Notes: generated by a model from the letters alone, not told the origin. DNA of 61,712 bases, filler included, from Candidatus Babelota bacterium (GCA_017999075.1; 10 parts of 10 records of this genome joined end to end with filler, not necessarily neighbours in it), one strand, 5' to 3'. Positions 50,601 through 61,007 are shown, counted from the first letter of the whole stretch. Numbers and translations: made by a program.

Positions 50601-51980
50601 TTACAAAATAATATTTAGTTCATTATCAGTATTATAAAAAGAATAATACTCCTTATAATATCCCAACATAACACTTCCCGTTGCTCCGTTCCGGTGCTTC
50701 CCAATGATTATTTCTGAATATCTTTTGTTTTCTATATTATCACAATTTCTAATTTTTAAATTAGCTTCTCCAAAATAATAATTTTCGTGAAAAGGGAATA
50801 AGACTAAATCAGCGTCTTGTTCGATGTTTCCTGAATCTCGCAAATCAGAAAGTTGGGGTCTTTTATCCGCTCTTTTTTCAACATCCCGCGATAAATGAAC
50901 TAAAACTACTACAGGGACATCTAATTCTTTCGCAAGCTGTTTTAATAATCGTGTTATTTCGCCGATAATATCATTTTTATTTGCAAATTTATTTTTTGAT
51001 TTATAAATTATAAAACTCAATAAATCAATTACAATTAAATTTATATTGTCTTGAACTTTATGTTTTTTCGATATTGCAAAAATATTTTCTATTGTCAATC
51101 CCGCAGAATCATTAATTAAAATATTATCATTATCAAAATTTTCTGCCGAATTTATTATTGTTCGCCATTCTGTTTCGCTAAATTCACAATCTCTAAATTT
51201 GTCAGAATTTATTTTGGATTTTAAAATTATAAAGCGATTAAGTATTTGCTCTTTTGACATTTCCAACGAAAAAAATAATGATTTTGTATTTTGTAATTTT
51301 GCCGAATTGTTTATTATATTTAGTGCGAACGCTGTTTTGCCCATTGCAGGTCTTCCAGCGATAAAAATCAAGTCTTTCTTTTGTAAGCCGCCTGTTATTG
51401 CGTCTAATTTTTCAAAGCCGGTTAAAACGCCTGTCATCGAGATTTCTTTTTTTGATATTTTTTCTATTTTATTTAAATATGCCGGTAATAAATTTTTTAA
51501 TAAGATTGTTTCATTTTTTTTGACATCGAGCAAAGATAAAATTTCCGATTGCGAATTATTTATTAATTCTTCAACATTTATATCATCTTCTAAAGTTTTT
51601 TCATTTATTTCTTTTGTTAAAACATATAATTTTTTCAAATAGTATTTTTCTTTTACTATTTTTATATATGCTTTTATGTTGCTATACGATACCACTTTAT
51701 CAATAATTTCAGAAATATAAACAACGTTAAATTTATTGTCTTTTATTTTAATTAAATTTATAAGTGTCGTAGCGTCTATTTTTATATTTTTCATATATAG
51801 CTCAATCATACAGCTATATATAAATCTGTTTGTAGCGTTATAAAAATAAATTTCGGATTCCAATTCCTGAACTGCTATATTTATATTTGACTCTTTAATT
51901 AGAATCGAAGTTAAAATTGAAATTTCAGCTTCAGGCGAATAAAAATTATTTAAATTTAAGTTTTTAGATGTATTGGACAT
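50601..51980 (-). CDS. dnaB: Replicative DNA helicase DnaB family, probably phage-borne
   Basis: SPEAE, TGFEKLD..TGG, AGRPAMGKT, FSLEMS, PQLSDLRDSGNIEQDAD, KHRNGATG. Confidence 0.9.
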   Translation of the reverse strand: MSNTSKNLNLNNFYSPEAEISILTSILIKESNINIAVQELESEIYFYNATNRFIYSCMIELYMKNIKIDATTLINLIKIKDNKFNVVYISEIIDKVVSYSNIKAYIKIVKEKYYLKKLYVLTKEINEKTLEDDINVEELINNSQSEILSLLDVKKNETILLKNLLPAYLNKIEKISKKEISMTGVLTGFEKLDAITGGLQKKDLIFIAGRPAMGKTAFALNIINNSAKLQNTKSLFFSLEMSKEQILNRFIILKSKINSDKFRDCEFSETEWRTIINSAENFDNDNILINDSAGLTIENIFAISKKHKVQDNINLIVIDLLSFIIYKSKNKFANKNDIIGEITRLLKQLAKELDVPVVVLVHLSRDVEKRADKRPQLSDLRDSGNIEQDADLVLFPFHENYYFGEANLKIRNCDNIENKRYSEIIIGKHRNGATGSVMLGYYKEYYSFYNTDNELNIIL

Positions 51981-52695
51981 ATTGCTCCGCCTCTCCCAAA
52001 TTCTCTATTCCCATTTTTTTTAATCTCATTTTTATGTTTGAATTAATTAACAGCACCAGCCAGCGTTTGAAATTGTCTTTGTGATAATGAAAGCGTTTTA
52101 CATAATCAAATTTTTTCAAATTTTTAAGAATTAATTCTCTTGATTTTTCTACTGATTTGGTTTTTTCATATTCCTCTTCTGCTTTATTTTCGTATAATAA
52201 TTGACTTGCCATATCTTTTGGCTCATAATAATATTTTTCGTATTTTACGCCCTCTACGGTTATCCATTTGTCTAATTTTACGCCTGATACCTCTATCTGT
52301 TCGTTTTCTTCTTGTTTTTGAGTTTTATTTTTAAAATTATCATCATCAAAATTTCCGGCTAATGCTTTTTTTATGTTTTCCGGATTATGCCAAAATTTAT
52401 GAAAAACTTTTTTATTCTGTAAAAATTGTTTTGAATTATTTATAGCTTTTAATAATTCTGAAGTATCCCAGATTTCTTTTATCGCAGTAATTTGGTCTCT
52501 GATAAACACAGGCGGAATCAAAGGTAATGCCTGAAATTTAAAATTTTCAACAAAAATAGAATTCCAATCTTCGATAATAGAATCGAATTTTGAATTATTA
52601 TTATTTAAAAAAACTTCATCATCGCTTATATCATGTGCGCGCGCACTATTAATAGCCTGATGCTTACTTTCTTTTCTTTTATTTACTTTATTTAC
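51964..52695 (-). CDS. Putative phage replication initiator, C-terminal part
   Basis: Open from the contig edge: VNKVNKRKESK..ARAH..IIEDWNSI..NPENIKKALAGNFDD; overlaps the dnaB start. Confidence 0.55.
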   Translation of the reverse strand, partial: VNKVNKRKESKHQAINSARAHDISDDEVFLNNNNSKFDSIIEDWNSIFVENFKFQALPLIPPVFIRDQITAIKEIWDTSELLKAINNSKQFLQNKKVFHKFWHNPENIKKALAGNFDDDNFKNKTQKQEENEQIEVSGVKLDKWITVEGVKYEKYYYEPKDMASQLLYENKAEEEYEKTKSVEKSRELILKNLKKFDYVKRFHYHKDNFKRWLVLLINSNIKMRLKKMGIENLGEAEQYVQYI

Positions 52696-52795
52696 NNNNN
52701 NNNNNNNNNNNNNNNNNNNNNNNNNNNNNNNNNNNNNNNTTAATTAATTAANNNNNNNNNNNNNNNNNNNNNNNNNNNNNNNNNNNNNNNNNNNN

Positions 52796-53141
52796 TTTTT
52801 CAGAAAAATCAATAAACACAGTAATCAAAAACATAAAATGGAGTTTTGACGAAACATCTCTTGAAGTTGATAACCCGAATGAAAAACCAGTTATGCTTAT
52901 TTTTAACGACTCATATTACCATGAATGGGCTGCGGAAATTAATGGAAAAAAAACTGATTTATATACTGCAAATTTTCTTTTTAAAAGTATTGTTATTCCT
53001 TCGGGAAAAAATAAAATAAAATTTTATTTTTCTTATTCTTCTTTAAAAAAAGGAGCAGTAATTTCAATAATTGTTTTTGCAGTTACAGCGATTTTCGTTG
53101 GAATCATTATTTTTAAAAACAGGAAAACTAAATATCCCTAA
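52796..53141 (+). CDS. YfhO-family membrane protein C-terminus
   Basis: LIFNDSYYHEWAAEING..ANFLFKSIVIPSGKNKIKF plus terminal TM. Confidence 0.75.
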
Positions 53142-54624
53142 CATATAATTTTTGGTAATCATCTCTTAATAATTTAAACCCATTTTTTTCAAAAAATTCA
53201 GAAGAATAAACTGACTCCGCAGACTCAGAAGCAGTTCTATTCAATAAAACAGCGCATTTATCAGATAATTTTGGAAAAGCTGTTTTTATTTCCGAAAACT
53301 GGCGATTAGAAATATTATTTTCTGTCCCTTCAAAAAAATTTTGATTGTCAATATACAATAAATCAATTTTTTTATCAAATCCGCTTAAAAATTCTATTGA
53401 ATTGCAGGTATGAAACTCTACATACTCAATATATTGAAAAACAGCTATCTTCGCAAAGTCAGCAGCCTTTTTATCAAAATCAACCGAATGCACTTTCCCG
53501 TTATATTTCGAAACAAATTCAGCAAATTTATAAGTTGAATGTAATCCGCCAACTTCGCAATCGCGCATAGTGCTCGTTTCCACTATTACAGGAAACCTGA
53601 TTTGAGATATATGCCGTAAAGCATAAAACATTGCAGCATACATTTTCTTAGAAGTATAATTCAGCTGAATCTGATATTTTCTAAAATAATTTATATCCTG
53701 AATTTCATCGTAATTTTTATCAATTAGCAACTCATCCTCTATATTCCAATAATGCAGCCGCGGAAATTTTTTTCCTAAAAATTTCGCTGTAAAAACCATA
53801 TATGCCCAGTATTCAAAAGAAGTTGAATATTTTTTATAATCCTGACACATGCTCCACATTGCGTTTTTTTTATAATTTTCAAAAACAACATCATTATGTA
53901 CATCATACCAGCCGCAAAATCCGTCATATAATTCAGGAATTTTCGAAGAATTAAATAAACCGAATCTTGATGCTAATCCGTATAATTCATATTCACTGAA
54001 AGAATAATCCGTTTTATTTAACATTTCATCCGCGCAATAAGGATCATATTGTTCTATTTGTTTCCATAATTCCTCAATATTTTTCGTGGAAAAAACCGCC
54101 ATTCCCGTTATATGTCTCGGATATGAATCCGAGTCCGCAAAATCCATTATATTCCGGCAGCCCGGCAAATTTCGAAGCATATACGCTGCGCCTTTATACA
54201 TCATATAATCCCATACCGGCTTCCGCACAGACGGAATCCATGAGTATACTTTATGATTTCCATTTATTCCGAATAATTCGGATTCATTCCAATTGTCAAA
54301 AAAAAACGTCTCACTGTCAAGAATAACAGCATATTCTTCAGTTATAAATCTGTCAATTGCAAGCCTTAAAAACTGTTGCTTATACCATCCGAATTCCCTG
54401 AATTTATTTTTCCAGTTCACTTTCGGTAAACGTCCAGTCAAATTAATTTCATTTTCATCAATATATTCGGCTCCATAATCATAAAGCAGATCAATTTGTC
54501 TTGGATTTTTCAAATTGCCTGCAATTAAAACTTTTTTTGATGTTAACGGACGGAGAGTCCTCAACATCATTATTGCTGACAACAAATGTTTTTCAGATAA
54601 TGTAATAAAATATGCAATATCCAT
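53128..54624 (-). CDS. DUF6492/glycosyltransferase-like domain fused to methyltransferase-like domain
   Basis: GWYKQQFLRLA..VILDSET..FSEYELYG; C-terminal IVET..VHSVD..SIEFL..KIDLLYID. Confidence 0.6.
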   Translation of the reverse strand: MDIAYFITLSEKHLLSAIMMLRTLRPLTSKKVLIAGNLKNPRQIDLLYDYGAEYIDENEINLTGRLPKVNWKNKFREFGWYKQQFLRLAIDRFITEEYAVILDSETFFFDNWNESELFGINGNHKVYSWIPSVRKPVWDYMMYKGAAYMLRNLPGCRNIMDFADSDSYPRHITGMAVFSTKNIEELWKQIEQYDPYCADEMLNKTDYSFSEYELYGLASRFGLFNSSKIPELYDGFCGWYDVHNDVVFENYKKNAMWSMCQDYKKYSTSFEYWAYMVFTAKFLGKKFPRLHYWNIEDELLIDKNYDEIQDINYFRKYQIQLNYTSKKMYAAMFYALRHISQIRFPVIVETSTMRDCEVGGLHSTYKFAEFVSKYNGKVHSVDFDKKAADFAKIAVFQYIEYVEFHTCNSIEFLSGFDKKIDLLYIDNQNFFEGTENNISNRQFSEIKTAFPKLSDKCAVLLNRTASESAESVYSSEFFEKNGFKLLRDDYQKLYVRDI

Positions 54625-54629
54625 AAAAT

Positions 54630-55702
54630 TTATTTAAAAACAGAATCAAAAAAAATCGTAGACCTTATAACATCATTTTTTTTAACCGTTACAACCCAAC
54701 TTATCGGTTCCTGAATATTTGAAAATAAACCTATACCTACCGGATGGCAATCCATTATCATAAAATTATTCATATACATTTCAGCTGCAAGCGTATAGTT
54801 ACTGAAAAAAACATCATAAATATTATATCCGCCCCAACCTGAATTGTATCTTATGCTGCATTCAAGATTCTTTGAACTTGCATCAAAAATAAAAATCCCG
54901 TTAAGTTTAAGAATTTTATGTAATGCAGAATAAACAGATTTGCGCAATTTGTATTCAAAATGCCTTAAAAACCGGAAACAAACAACAGCATCAACAGAAT
55001 TATTTTTCAAAGGAATATTGAAACTATCAGAAATTATTCTTATAATCTTATTTTCTATCGAACAGTTAAGTTCTCGTGAAATGTTATGCATTTCAGCAGA
55101 ATTATCAAATGCAAAAATTTTTCCCGTTTCAACTAAAGCATTAAGCATTCTGCCGTCGCCAGAACTTAAATCTATAATAATCTTATTTTTAAAGGGTGTT
55201 ATGAATTTTTTAATAGACTTTGAAACTTCTGTTTGTTCAGATTGATTAATTATATTGTAAGGATATTTTGAAAATCTTTGTCTTGAATATTCTACTGTAA
55301 CTTTTTTATTTTCATAATACCTCTTCATATTTTCTATCCCTTTAACCAATAATTGGCTGCTGCGCTGACACTCGCTTCTCCATATTTTTAATGATAATGC
55401 CGGCAATTGGCTTCCTGCTATTTGATATAAATTCATATACCTTTTAATATAACTTTTCTGATTGCAATATTTTTCAAGAAATCTTAATGCATTATATGTC
55501 AATTTGTTTTTGTTCTCCAAAACATGTTCTGTAATTTTATTAAAATCGTCTGAATCAAAATTAAAAACTTCAATACTTTCCATTAAAAGTAATTCCGACG
55601 CGCCTGCAACGTTTTCAGAACAAATAACAGGAACACCAAATTTAAATGCTTCCAGCATTGAAAACGGCATAGAATGAGTAGAATCCTTATCTGTATAAGG
55701 AA
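54630..55702 (-). CDS. GT-B glycosyltransferase C-terminus fused to class I SAM methyltransferase (5' truncated)
   Basis: PFSMLEAFKFGVPVICS; IIDLSSGDGR, DNSAEM, VDAVVCFRFLRH. Confidence 0.75.
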
Positions 55703-55985
55703 NNNNNNNNNNNNNNNNNNNNNNNNNNNNNNNNNNNNNNNNNNNNTTAATTAATTAANNNNNNNNNNNNNNNNNNNNNNNNNNNNNNNNNNNNNNNNNN
55801 NNTTGGACAGTCCATCCAGTAATGACATTCTCTATCGTCATTAGTATTTAAGCCAGGAAAATCCGTCGGCTTACGGACTATAGAGTCGGCTGCATCTGCT
55901 AAAATAGTGTCGGGATAATTATTGATTTCATCAATAATTTTTTGTTTATCCAACTCTTTATTATTATTATTATTTTCATTATCAC

Positions 55986-56495
55986 TCATTGTAATCTCCC
56001 TGATAAAATATCTTTTACAGTTTGTTTAATGTTAATTTTGCTTTTGTTCTGTTCAGCGCTTGAATTATAAATTAGTTCCCCGCATTTGCGACACTTGAAA
56101 ATATTATACGGATTGTCTCCGTAAGGAAAATATAAAATTTCGAAACGCTTATCACAAACGCCGCATTTCATATAATATCTTTTGCCTCCGTATCGGCAAT
56201 CCTTGTATACAACATCAATTTTCTGATTCATAACTAAGGTAAAATCCTTCAAACTTTTAAACCGTCCATCAATTAAACGCTTGAGTAGTAAAATATAATT
56301 ACCGTTTTCGGGATTTATTTTTGTCTGAAAAAATAATACTGCTGAAACATTACGGAGATCAGTTCCAGAGCCATAAACTAAATCAATTTCCTGACTCAAG
56401 CCTCGCTCCAGCATTTTATTCTCAGCCAGATTATTAATGTTTATCCGTCTGCACAATTCTAAAATTTTTTTATTTTTTGATTTTGCTGTCTTCAT
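55986..56495 (-). CDS. Hypothetical zinc-ribbon protein of a type seen in mobile elements
   Basis: RYGGKRYYMKCGVC..LY..FKCRKCGELIYNS. Confidence 0.55.
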   Translation of the reverse strand: MKTAKSKNKKILELCRRININNLAENKMLERGLSQEIDLVYGSGTDLRNVSAVLFFQTKINPENGNYILLLKRLIDGRFKSLKDFTLVMNQKIDVVYKDCRYGGKRYYMKCGVCDKRFEILYFPYGDNPYNIFKCRKCGELIYNSSAEQNKSKINIKQTVKDILSGRLQ

Positions 56496-56570
56496 ACTTT
56501 TAATATAGCGTTAATGTTTATTTTTTTCAAGTTTTATTTTTATGGTTAAAAAAAAGAACCGCCAAAAGTT

Positions 56571-56749
56571 TTATTTTAAAAATAAAAGATTTAGCGGTTT
56601 TCTGAAAAAACAATATAAAACAGCAAAAATCAATGGAACAATTACCAACCAGATGATAATCTTTATTTGTTTATATGTAGCACCAAAAACATCCGCCAGT
56701 TGTTCTAAAATATAAACTGTTCCTCCGAAAAACATTTCAATTATTTTCA
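56571..56749 (-). CDS. Small membrane protein
   Basis: VYILEQLADVFGATYKQI.IIIWLV hydrophobic; start overlaps the end of the previous ORF region. Confidence 0.45.
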
Positions 56750-56757
56750 TAACAGCT

Positions 56758-56916
56758 TCAGCTGCTCCCCCAAGTTGAAAATAATATAAAGTATAATACA
56801 ACCCCTACTAAAAGCAGTGGCACGAATAACAACAGCGCCTTCACAAAAGCAATTACAAGAAAAACTGCAAAAGTTATAAGGCCTCCGATAATCAAAATTT
56901 TTATAACAGCTTCCAT
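56758..56916 (-). CDS. Small hydrophobic membrane protein
   Basis: AGGAGG RBS then MEAVIKILIIGG.., two hydrophobic stretches. Confidence 0.55.
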   Translation of the reverse strand: MEAVIKILIIGGLITFAVFLVIAFVKALLLFVPLLLVGVVLYFILFSTWGSS

Positions 56917-57124
56917 AGTGTAGCACCTCCTTGAAATACTGAACCGTTTGAAAAATAGTTCAGTTTGTTTAATAAAATTAAGATGCAGACAATTCAATAT
57001 TTATAGTCGGATAAAGTAGTAGCGGTATTTTTGATGTTATACTTTATTGAATTTTAAAGAAGTTTACGGGGAGTATAGAAAGTGTTATCCGAAAATATAA
57101 ATTGAATTGCCTGCGGTGATAATG

Positions 57125-57988
57125 TTAAAGATAATAATCAGTTTTCTTCAATGCCCCCCCACAGCGCGCCTGACACCAGAAGGCATATTCGCAGCCGTAG
57201 CAGTAGAACGACTGGCAGGGCAGATAAACATTATCCTGATTTTCAGTATTACTTATGAATCCCTTGATGATCTTGAAAAGTCGGTTAAAATCAGAATACT
57301 GCCGCGTAGTTGATATTTCCTGAATCTTCGGCTTTACCTGCTTCAGCAGAACTTGAAAGGTCAGTTTCGGGATGTACGCATACTGCGGCGAAAGATATAC
57401 AGCCAAGGCATAAAGCCCAACCTGCAAATTTGAATCGGTGTCTGCCTGTGATTTAGAAACTTTTGCTGTTTTAAAATCGAATACTGTTTTGTCCGCGAAT
57501 AAATCAATATATCCGAGTAATTCATACCCGTCTAATGTTTCACTTGTATTCGGATTACTTATCAAAGTTCTTAGTTCTAAATCAACACCATCGATTTTTT
57601 TTGGCGGCTTGATTGTATCACAATACAGTTTCAGAAGATTGGCGGCAGTTTCACAGATTTCGTCTTTCTGCTGGCCGTTGTAGTTTACGCCTTCAGCTTC
57701 AGCAGATTCGTAATACTGATGAAATACATCTACAACTTGTTCCGGTTTCGGCTTGCTTTTATTCCTTATCTGCGTATAATAGAAAGACAATGCTGAATGG
57801 ATACTTTTCCCACAGGCGATATTAGCAGATACCTTATCGGGAACAATCTTGTCAATATATTTAAAACGATATTTAAGCGGGCAGTTGATGTAACAGGTCA
57901 GCTCGCTGTATGAAATAGAACGGATGCAGGTCTGGCAGTTATTCCGAACAGGTGTCGCGACTTCTGCATTAGGTAATGATATATTCAT
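57125..57988 (-). CDS. PD-(D/E)XK nuclease, RecB/Cas4-like, with Fe-S staple cysteines
   Basis: SYSEL..YINCPLKY, GKSIHSAL, GYIDL..DFKT, QVGLYA, C-terminal YCYGCEYAFWC. Confidence 0.88.
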   Translation of the reverse strand: MNISLPNAEVATPVRNNCQTCIRSISYSELTCYINCPLKYRFKYIDKIVPDKVSANIACGKSIHSALSFYYTQIRNKSKPKPEQVVDVFHQYYESAEAEGVNYNGQQKDEICETAANLLKLYCDTIKPPKKIDGVDLELRTLISNPNTSETLDGYELLGYIDLFADKTVFDFKTAKVSKSQADTDSNLQVGLYALAVYLSPQYAYIPKLTFQVLLKQVKPKIQEISTTRQYSDFNRLFKIIKGFISNTENQDNVYLPCQSFYCYGCEYAFWCQARCGGALKKTDYYL

Positions 57989-58027
57989 ACCACTCACGCT
58001 CCGTTGTTAGTCAATTTCAATAGATGG

Positions 58028-58195
58028 TCGATAACACGTGATCCCTGCTTGTTAAACGAGCAAATGAACTCTCATGAACTTTTGATTGAAAAAGTTAAAT
58101 TAGCTTCGCCGGATCAAATTGAAATAAGCGCAACTGCTGCACTATTGCATTCATTTTATAACGGTATCGAAAATATATTCAAATCCGTTACCTGA
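58028..58195 (+). pseudogene. Fragment of a HepT/HEPN-like RNase toxin
   Basis: ATAALLHSFYNGIENIF then an early stop; no start and no Rx4-6H motif. Confidence 0.55.
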
Positions 58196-58220
58196 CATAG
58201 CCATAAGAAAAAAATAACGA

Positions 58221-58259
58221 TTGACAAACTCAAATTTTTAGTATATACTTTGTATATAT
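58221..58259 (+). promoter_or_regulatory. mazEF promoter and operator
   Basis: TTGACA-17 nt-TATACT; palindrome AGTATATACT followed by a second GTATATA. Confidence 0.8.
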
Positions 58260-58276
58260 TTAAAAAGAGGTGCAAT

Positions 58277-58516
58277 ATGTTGACAAAAGTTCAAAAATGG
58301 GGTAATAGTTTAGGAGTGAGAATACCAAAGCCATTTGTTGAAGAAACTCAAATCAGTGATGGCTATTCTGTTGATATAAATTTTGACGGCGAAAATATTA
58401 TAATAAAACCAATAAAAAATGCGTATCGCCTTAATGATTTATTAGGCCAAATAAACTCAAAAAATATTCATAAGGAAATTCAAACCCGAGCAATTGTTGG
58501 TAAGGAGATATGGTAA
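58277..58516 (+). CDS. mazE: AbrB/MazE antitoxin
   Basis: TKVQKWGNSLGVRIPK..LNDLL..I...NIH.E....VGKEIW. Confidence 0.92.
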   Translation: MLTKVQKWGNSLGVRIPKPFVEETQISDGYSVDINFDGENIIIKPIKNAYRLNDLLGQINSKNIHKEIQTRAIVGKEIW

Positions 58517-58709
58517 TGACTTCAAAATATATACCAACAAGAGGAGATATTGTGTGGCTTGATTTTGATCCTCAAACTGGGCATGAACAAGCAGGACACA
58601 GACCGGCGTTAGTAATTTCACCTAAAGAATATAATGAAAAAGTCGGATTAGCATTATTTTGTCCGATAACTTCTCAAACAAAAAAATATCCATTTGAGGT
58701 TGTTATTCC
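58510..58709 (+). CDS. mazF: MazF endoribonuclease toxin (truncated by contig end)
   Basis: YIPTRGDIVWLDFDPQTGHEQAGHRPALVISP..CPITSQ..YPFEV. Confidence 0.92.
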
Positions 58710-58809
58710 NNNNNNNNNNNNNNNNNNNNNNNNNNNNNNNNNNNNNNNNNNNNTTAATTAATTAANNNNNNNNNNNNNNNNNNNNNNNNNNNNNNNNNNN
58801 NNNNNNNNN

Positions 58810-59257
58810 ATTCAATGATATTGCTTTCCTCATCTATTAAAACTCCATCCGTTTCTTTATTTTTTACTAAAGCAAGAGTAGCCCAATTTTTTCGGCTACT
58901 ATGATATTCTATTAAAATATTTAAATCAATATCAGCTATAATATCTGCATTATATACAACCACATCATCCGGATAAAAATATTTTTTCAGCTTACCAATT
59001 CCGCCGCCTACTCCGAGTATGCATTCTTTTTCAACCGAAATATTAAATTCCAGTTTTTTTGTTTTTAAAAATTCTATTATCATATTGGAAAGATGATGTA
59101 CATTGATACTTATATCTGAAATTCCAGTTTTTTTTATTCTATCTGCGCATATTTCCAAAGGTGTTTTATCAAAAATAGGAATAATTGGTTTAGGAATAAA
59201 ATTTGTTATAGGTCTAAGTCGTGTTCCGAAACCGGCAGCAAGTATAAACGCTTTCAT
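58810..59257 (-). CDS. Sugar-phosphate nucleotidyltransferase, MurU-like (truncated)
   Basis: MKAFILAAGFGTRLRPIT..PKP, NVHHL, YNADI. Confidence 0.85.
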
Positions 59258-60426
59258 TTATAAATCCGCCATTTTCTGTTTTCATCAAAAAAATTCTTTT
59301 CTTCAATATTAATTTTAGAAAATATATTTTTTAATACGTTTTGATTATCCACACACTTTCTGAACAAATCTGATCCGTATAAAATATCTATAGCAGGTAT
59401 TTTATTTTCATATTCATATGCTCCTGAATACCATTCAAACTTTTCAGGATATAATTTTTTTAAAAGATATATCAAAATCAATGCTGTTCTAACAGGCTTG
59501 AATTTTTTCCGATCAATAACGTGAAAAAATAATCCGCCGCATATCTCATTTTTAAATTTATCAAAAGTTGGTCTAAAGTAAATCTGACGGAAACATACTC
59601 CGCCTAATTTAAATCTATTTATTTCTTTCAATAATTCAGCCGGATTTATAAAAGGAGCCCCTATAATCTCAAATGGTCTTGTTGTTCCTCTTCCTTCAGA
59701 AATATTTGTAGCTTCAAATAAACAAGTTCCCGGATAAGTTACTGCAGAAGTTATACTGGGAATATTTGGCGATGCCGGAATCCATTCATTTTTATATTCA
59801 TCAAAATATTTTTCTCTCGACCAATTTTTCAATTTCACTACTTCCAATTCCAATTTTTTAAACTTTAAATTTTTCAGCATAATTGCGAACTCGCCTATAG
59901 TTAACCCATATCTGTTTAAAATAGGGAATAATCCGACAAATGAATTATATCCTTCAGAAATAGTGTTTCCTTCTATGTCTATTCCATTAATAATATTAGG
60001 TCTGTCAAGCACTAATATTTTTTTTCCGTTTTTTTCACATGCTTCCATGCAATAATACAATGTCCATAGATATGTATAATATCGGCTTCCTACATCTTGT
60101 AAATCAAAAATAATAAAATCTATATTTTTTAAATATCTATCATTAATTTTACGAGTTGAAGAATATAAACTTACAAGATTTATACCAGTCAAATTATCGA
60201 TAGAATTCGGTGTCTCAATCATATTAGCCTGTTCAGTGCAATAAAATCCGTGTTGAGGCGAAAATAAATATTTTATTTTTAGTTTTTTATTTAATTCAAT
60301 ATGAGAATATTTTAAATCTTGAGTTACTGAAGCCTGATTACATACTATTCCTGCGCAATATTTTTTTTTTTTATAAGTAATTTTTTCAAGATAATTATCT
60401 ACTCCATTTTTTATTATTTCACTCAT
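59254..60426 (-). CDS. Exo-beta-N-acetylmuramidase NamZ family (DUF1343)
   Basis: LFSPQHG, FDLQDVGSRYYTY, VLDRPN, SPNIP, SEGRGTTRPFE..GAP. Confidence 0.9.
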   Translation of the reverse strand: MSEIIKNGVDNYLEKITYKKKKYCAGIVCNQASVTQDLKYSHIELNKKLKIKYLFSPQHGFYCTEQANMIETPNSIDNLTGINLVSLYSSTRKINDRYLKNIDFIIFDLQDVGSRYYTYLWTLYYCMEACEKNGKKILVLDRPNIINGIDIEGNTISEGYNSFVGLFPILNRYGLTIGEFAIMLKNLKFKKLELEVVKLKNWSREKYFDEYKNEWIPASPNIPSITSAVTYPGTCLFEATNISEGRGTTRPFEIIGAPFINPAELLKEINRFKLGGVCFRQIYFRPTFDKFKNEICGGLFFHVIDRKKFKPVRTALILIYLLKKLYPEKFEWYSGAYEYENKIPAIDILYGSDLFRKCVDNQNVLKNIFSKINIEEKNFFDENRKWRIYK

Positions 60427-60953
60427 TTTATTTGTTTCTCGCATCTTTTACAATAAAATTTTTCATTAGTTTTTTCTCCGCATTCACAAATATATCCTTT
60501 AAGTTTTGCCGGATTTCCATAAACAAGACCATAATCAGGAACATCTTTTGTAACAACAGAACCTGCTCCTACAAAAGCATATTGCCCTATTGTTATTCCG
60601 CATACAATTGTTGCATTAGCTCCTATAGTGCATCCTTTTTTTAAAAAAGTAGGTTGAAATTCTTCTGATTTTTTTTTTCTAAATGACCTTGGATTAATAT
60701 CATTAGTAAATACAACAAAAGGTCCTACAAAAACATCATCTTCAATTTTCACTTTATCCCATACAGCTACACCATTTTTAATTTTAACATTATTGCCAAT
60801 TATTGCGCCTGTTTCAACAAATACATTATCGCAAATATTACAATTTTCTCCAATTTCAGCATTTTTCAGTATATGCGCCCATGCCCAGATTCTCGTACCA
60901 GCGCCTATTTTATCTGATTCTACCAATGCAGTTTGATGAACAAAATATTTCAT
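60423..60953 (-). CDS. Hexapeptide-repeat N-acyltransferase (WbpD/FdtC-like)
   Basis: IGAGTRIW, IGENCNI, VFTNDINPRS, IGANATIVCG, YGNPAK. Confidence 0.9.
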   Translation of the reverse strand: MKYFVHQTALVESDKIGAGTRIWAWAHILKNAEIGENCNICDNVFVETGAIIGNNVKIKNGVAVWDKVKIEDDVFVGPFVVFTNDINPRSFRKKKSEEFQPTFLKKGCTIGANATIVCGITIGQYAFVGAGSVVTKDVPDYGLVYGNPAKLKGYICECGEKTNEKFYCKRCEKQIK

Positions 60954-61007
60954 AATTCAATCTCTAATAATTAAATAAAATTTAAATCTATTTTCTATGT
61001 TATTATT

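Noticed and set aside
57125-57988. cas4 of a CRISPR-Cas system
   Set aside because: No cas1, cas2 or array on the contig; a solo PD-(D/E)XK nuclease is the simpler reading.
2955-58809. Recurrent TTAATTAATTAA as a biological repeat or CRISPR
   Set aside because: It is always centred in 100-nt N blocks, so it is an assembly linker. No CRISPR array was seen anywhere in the window.
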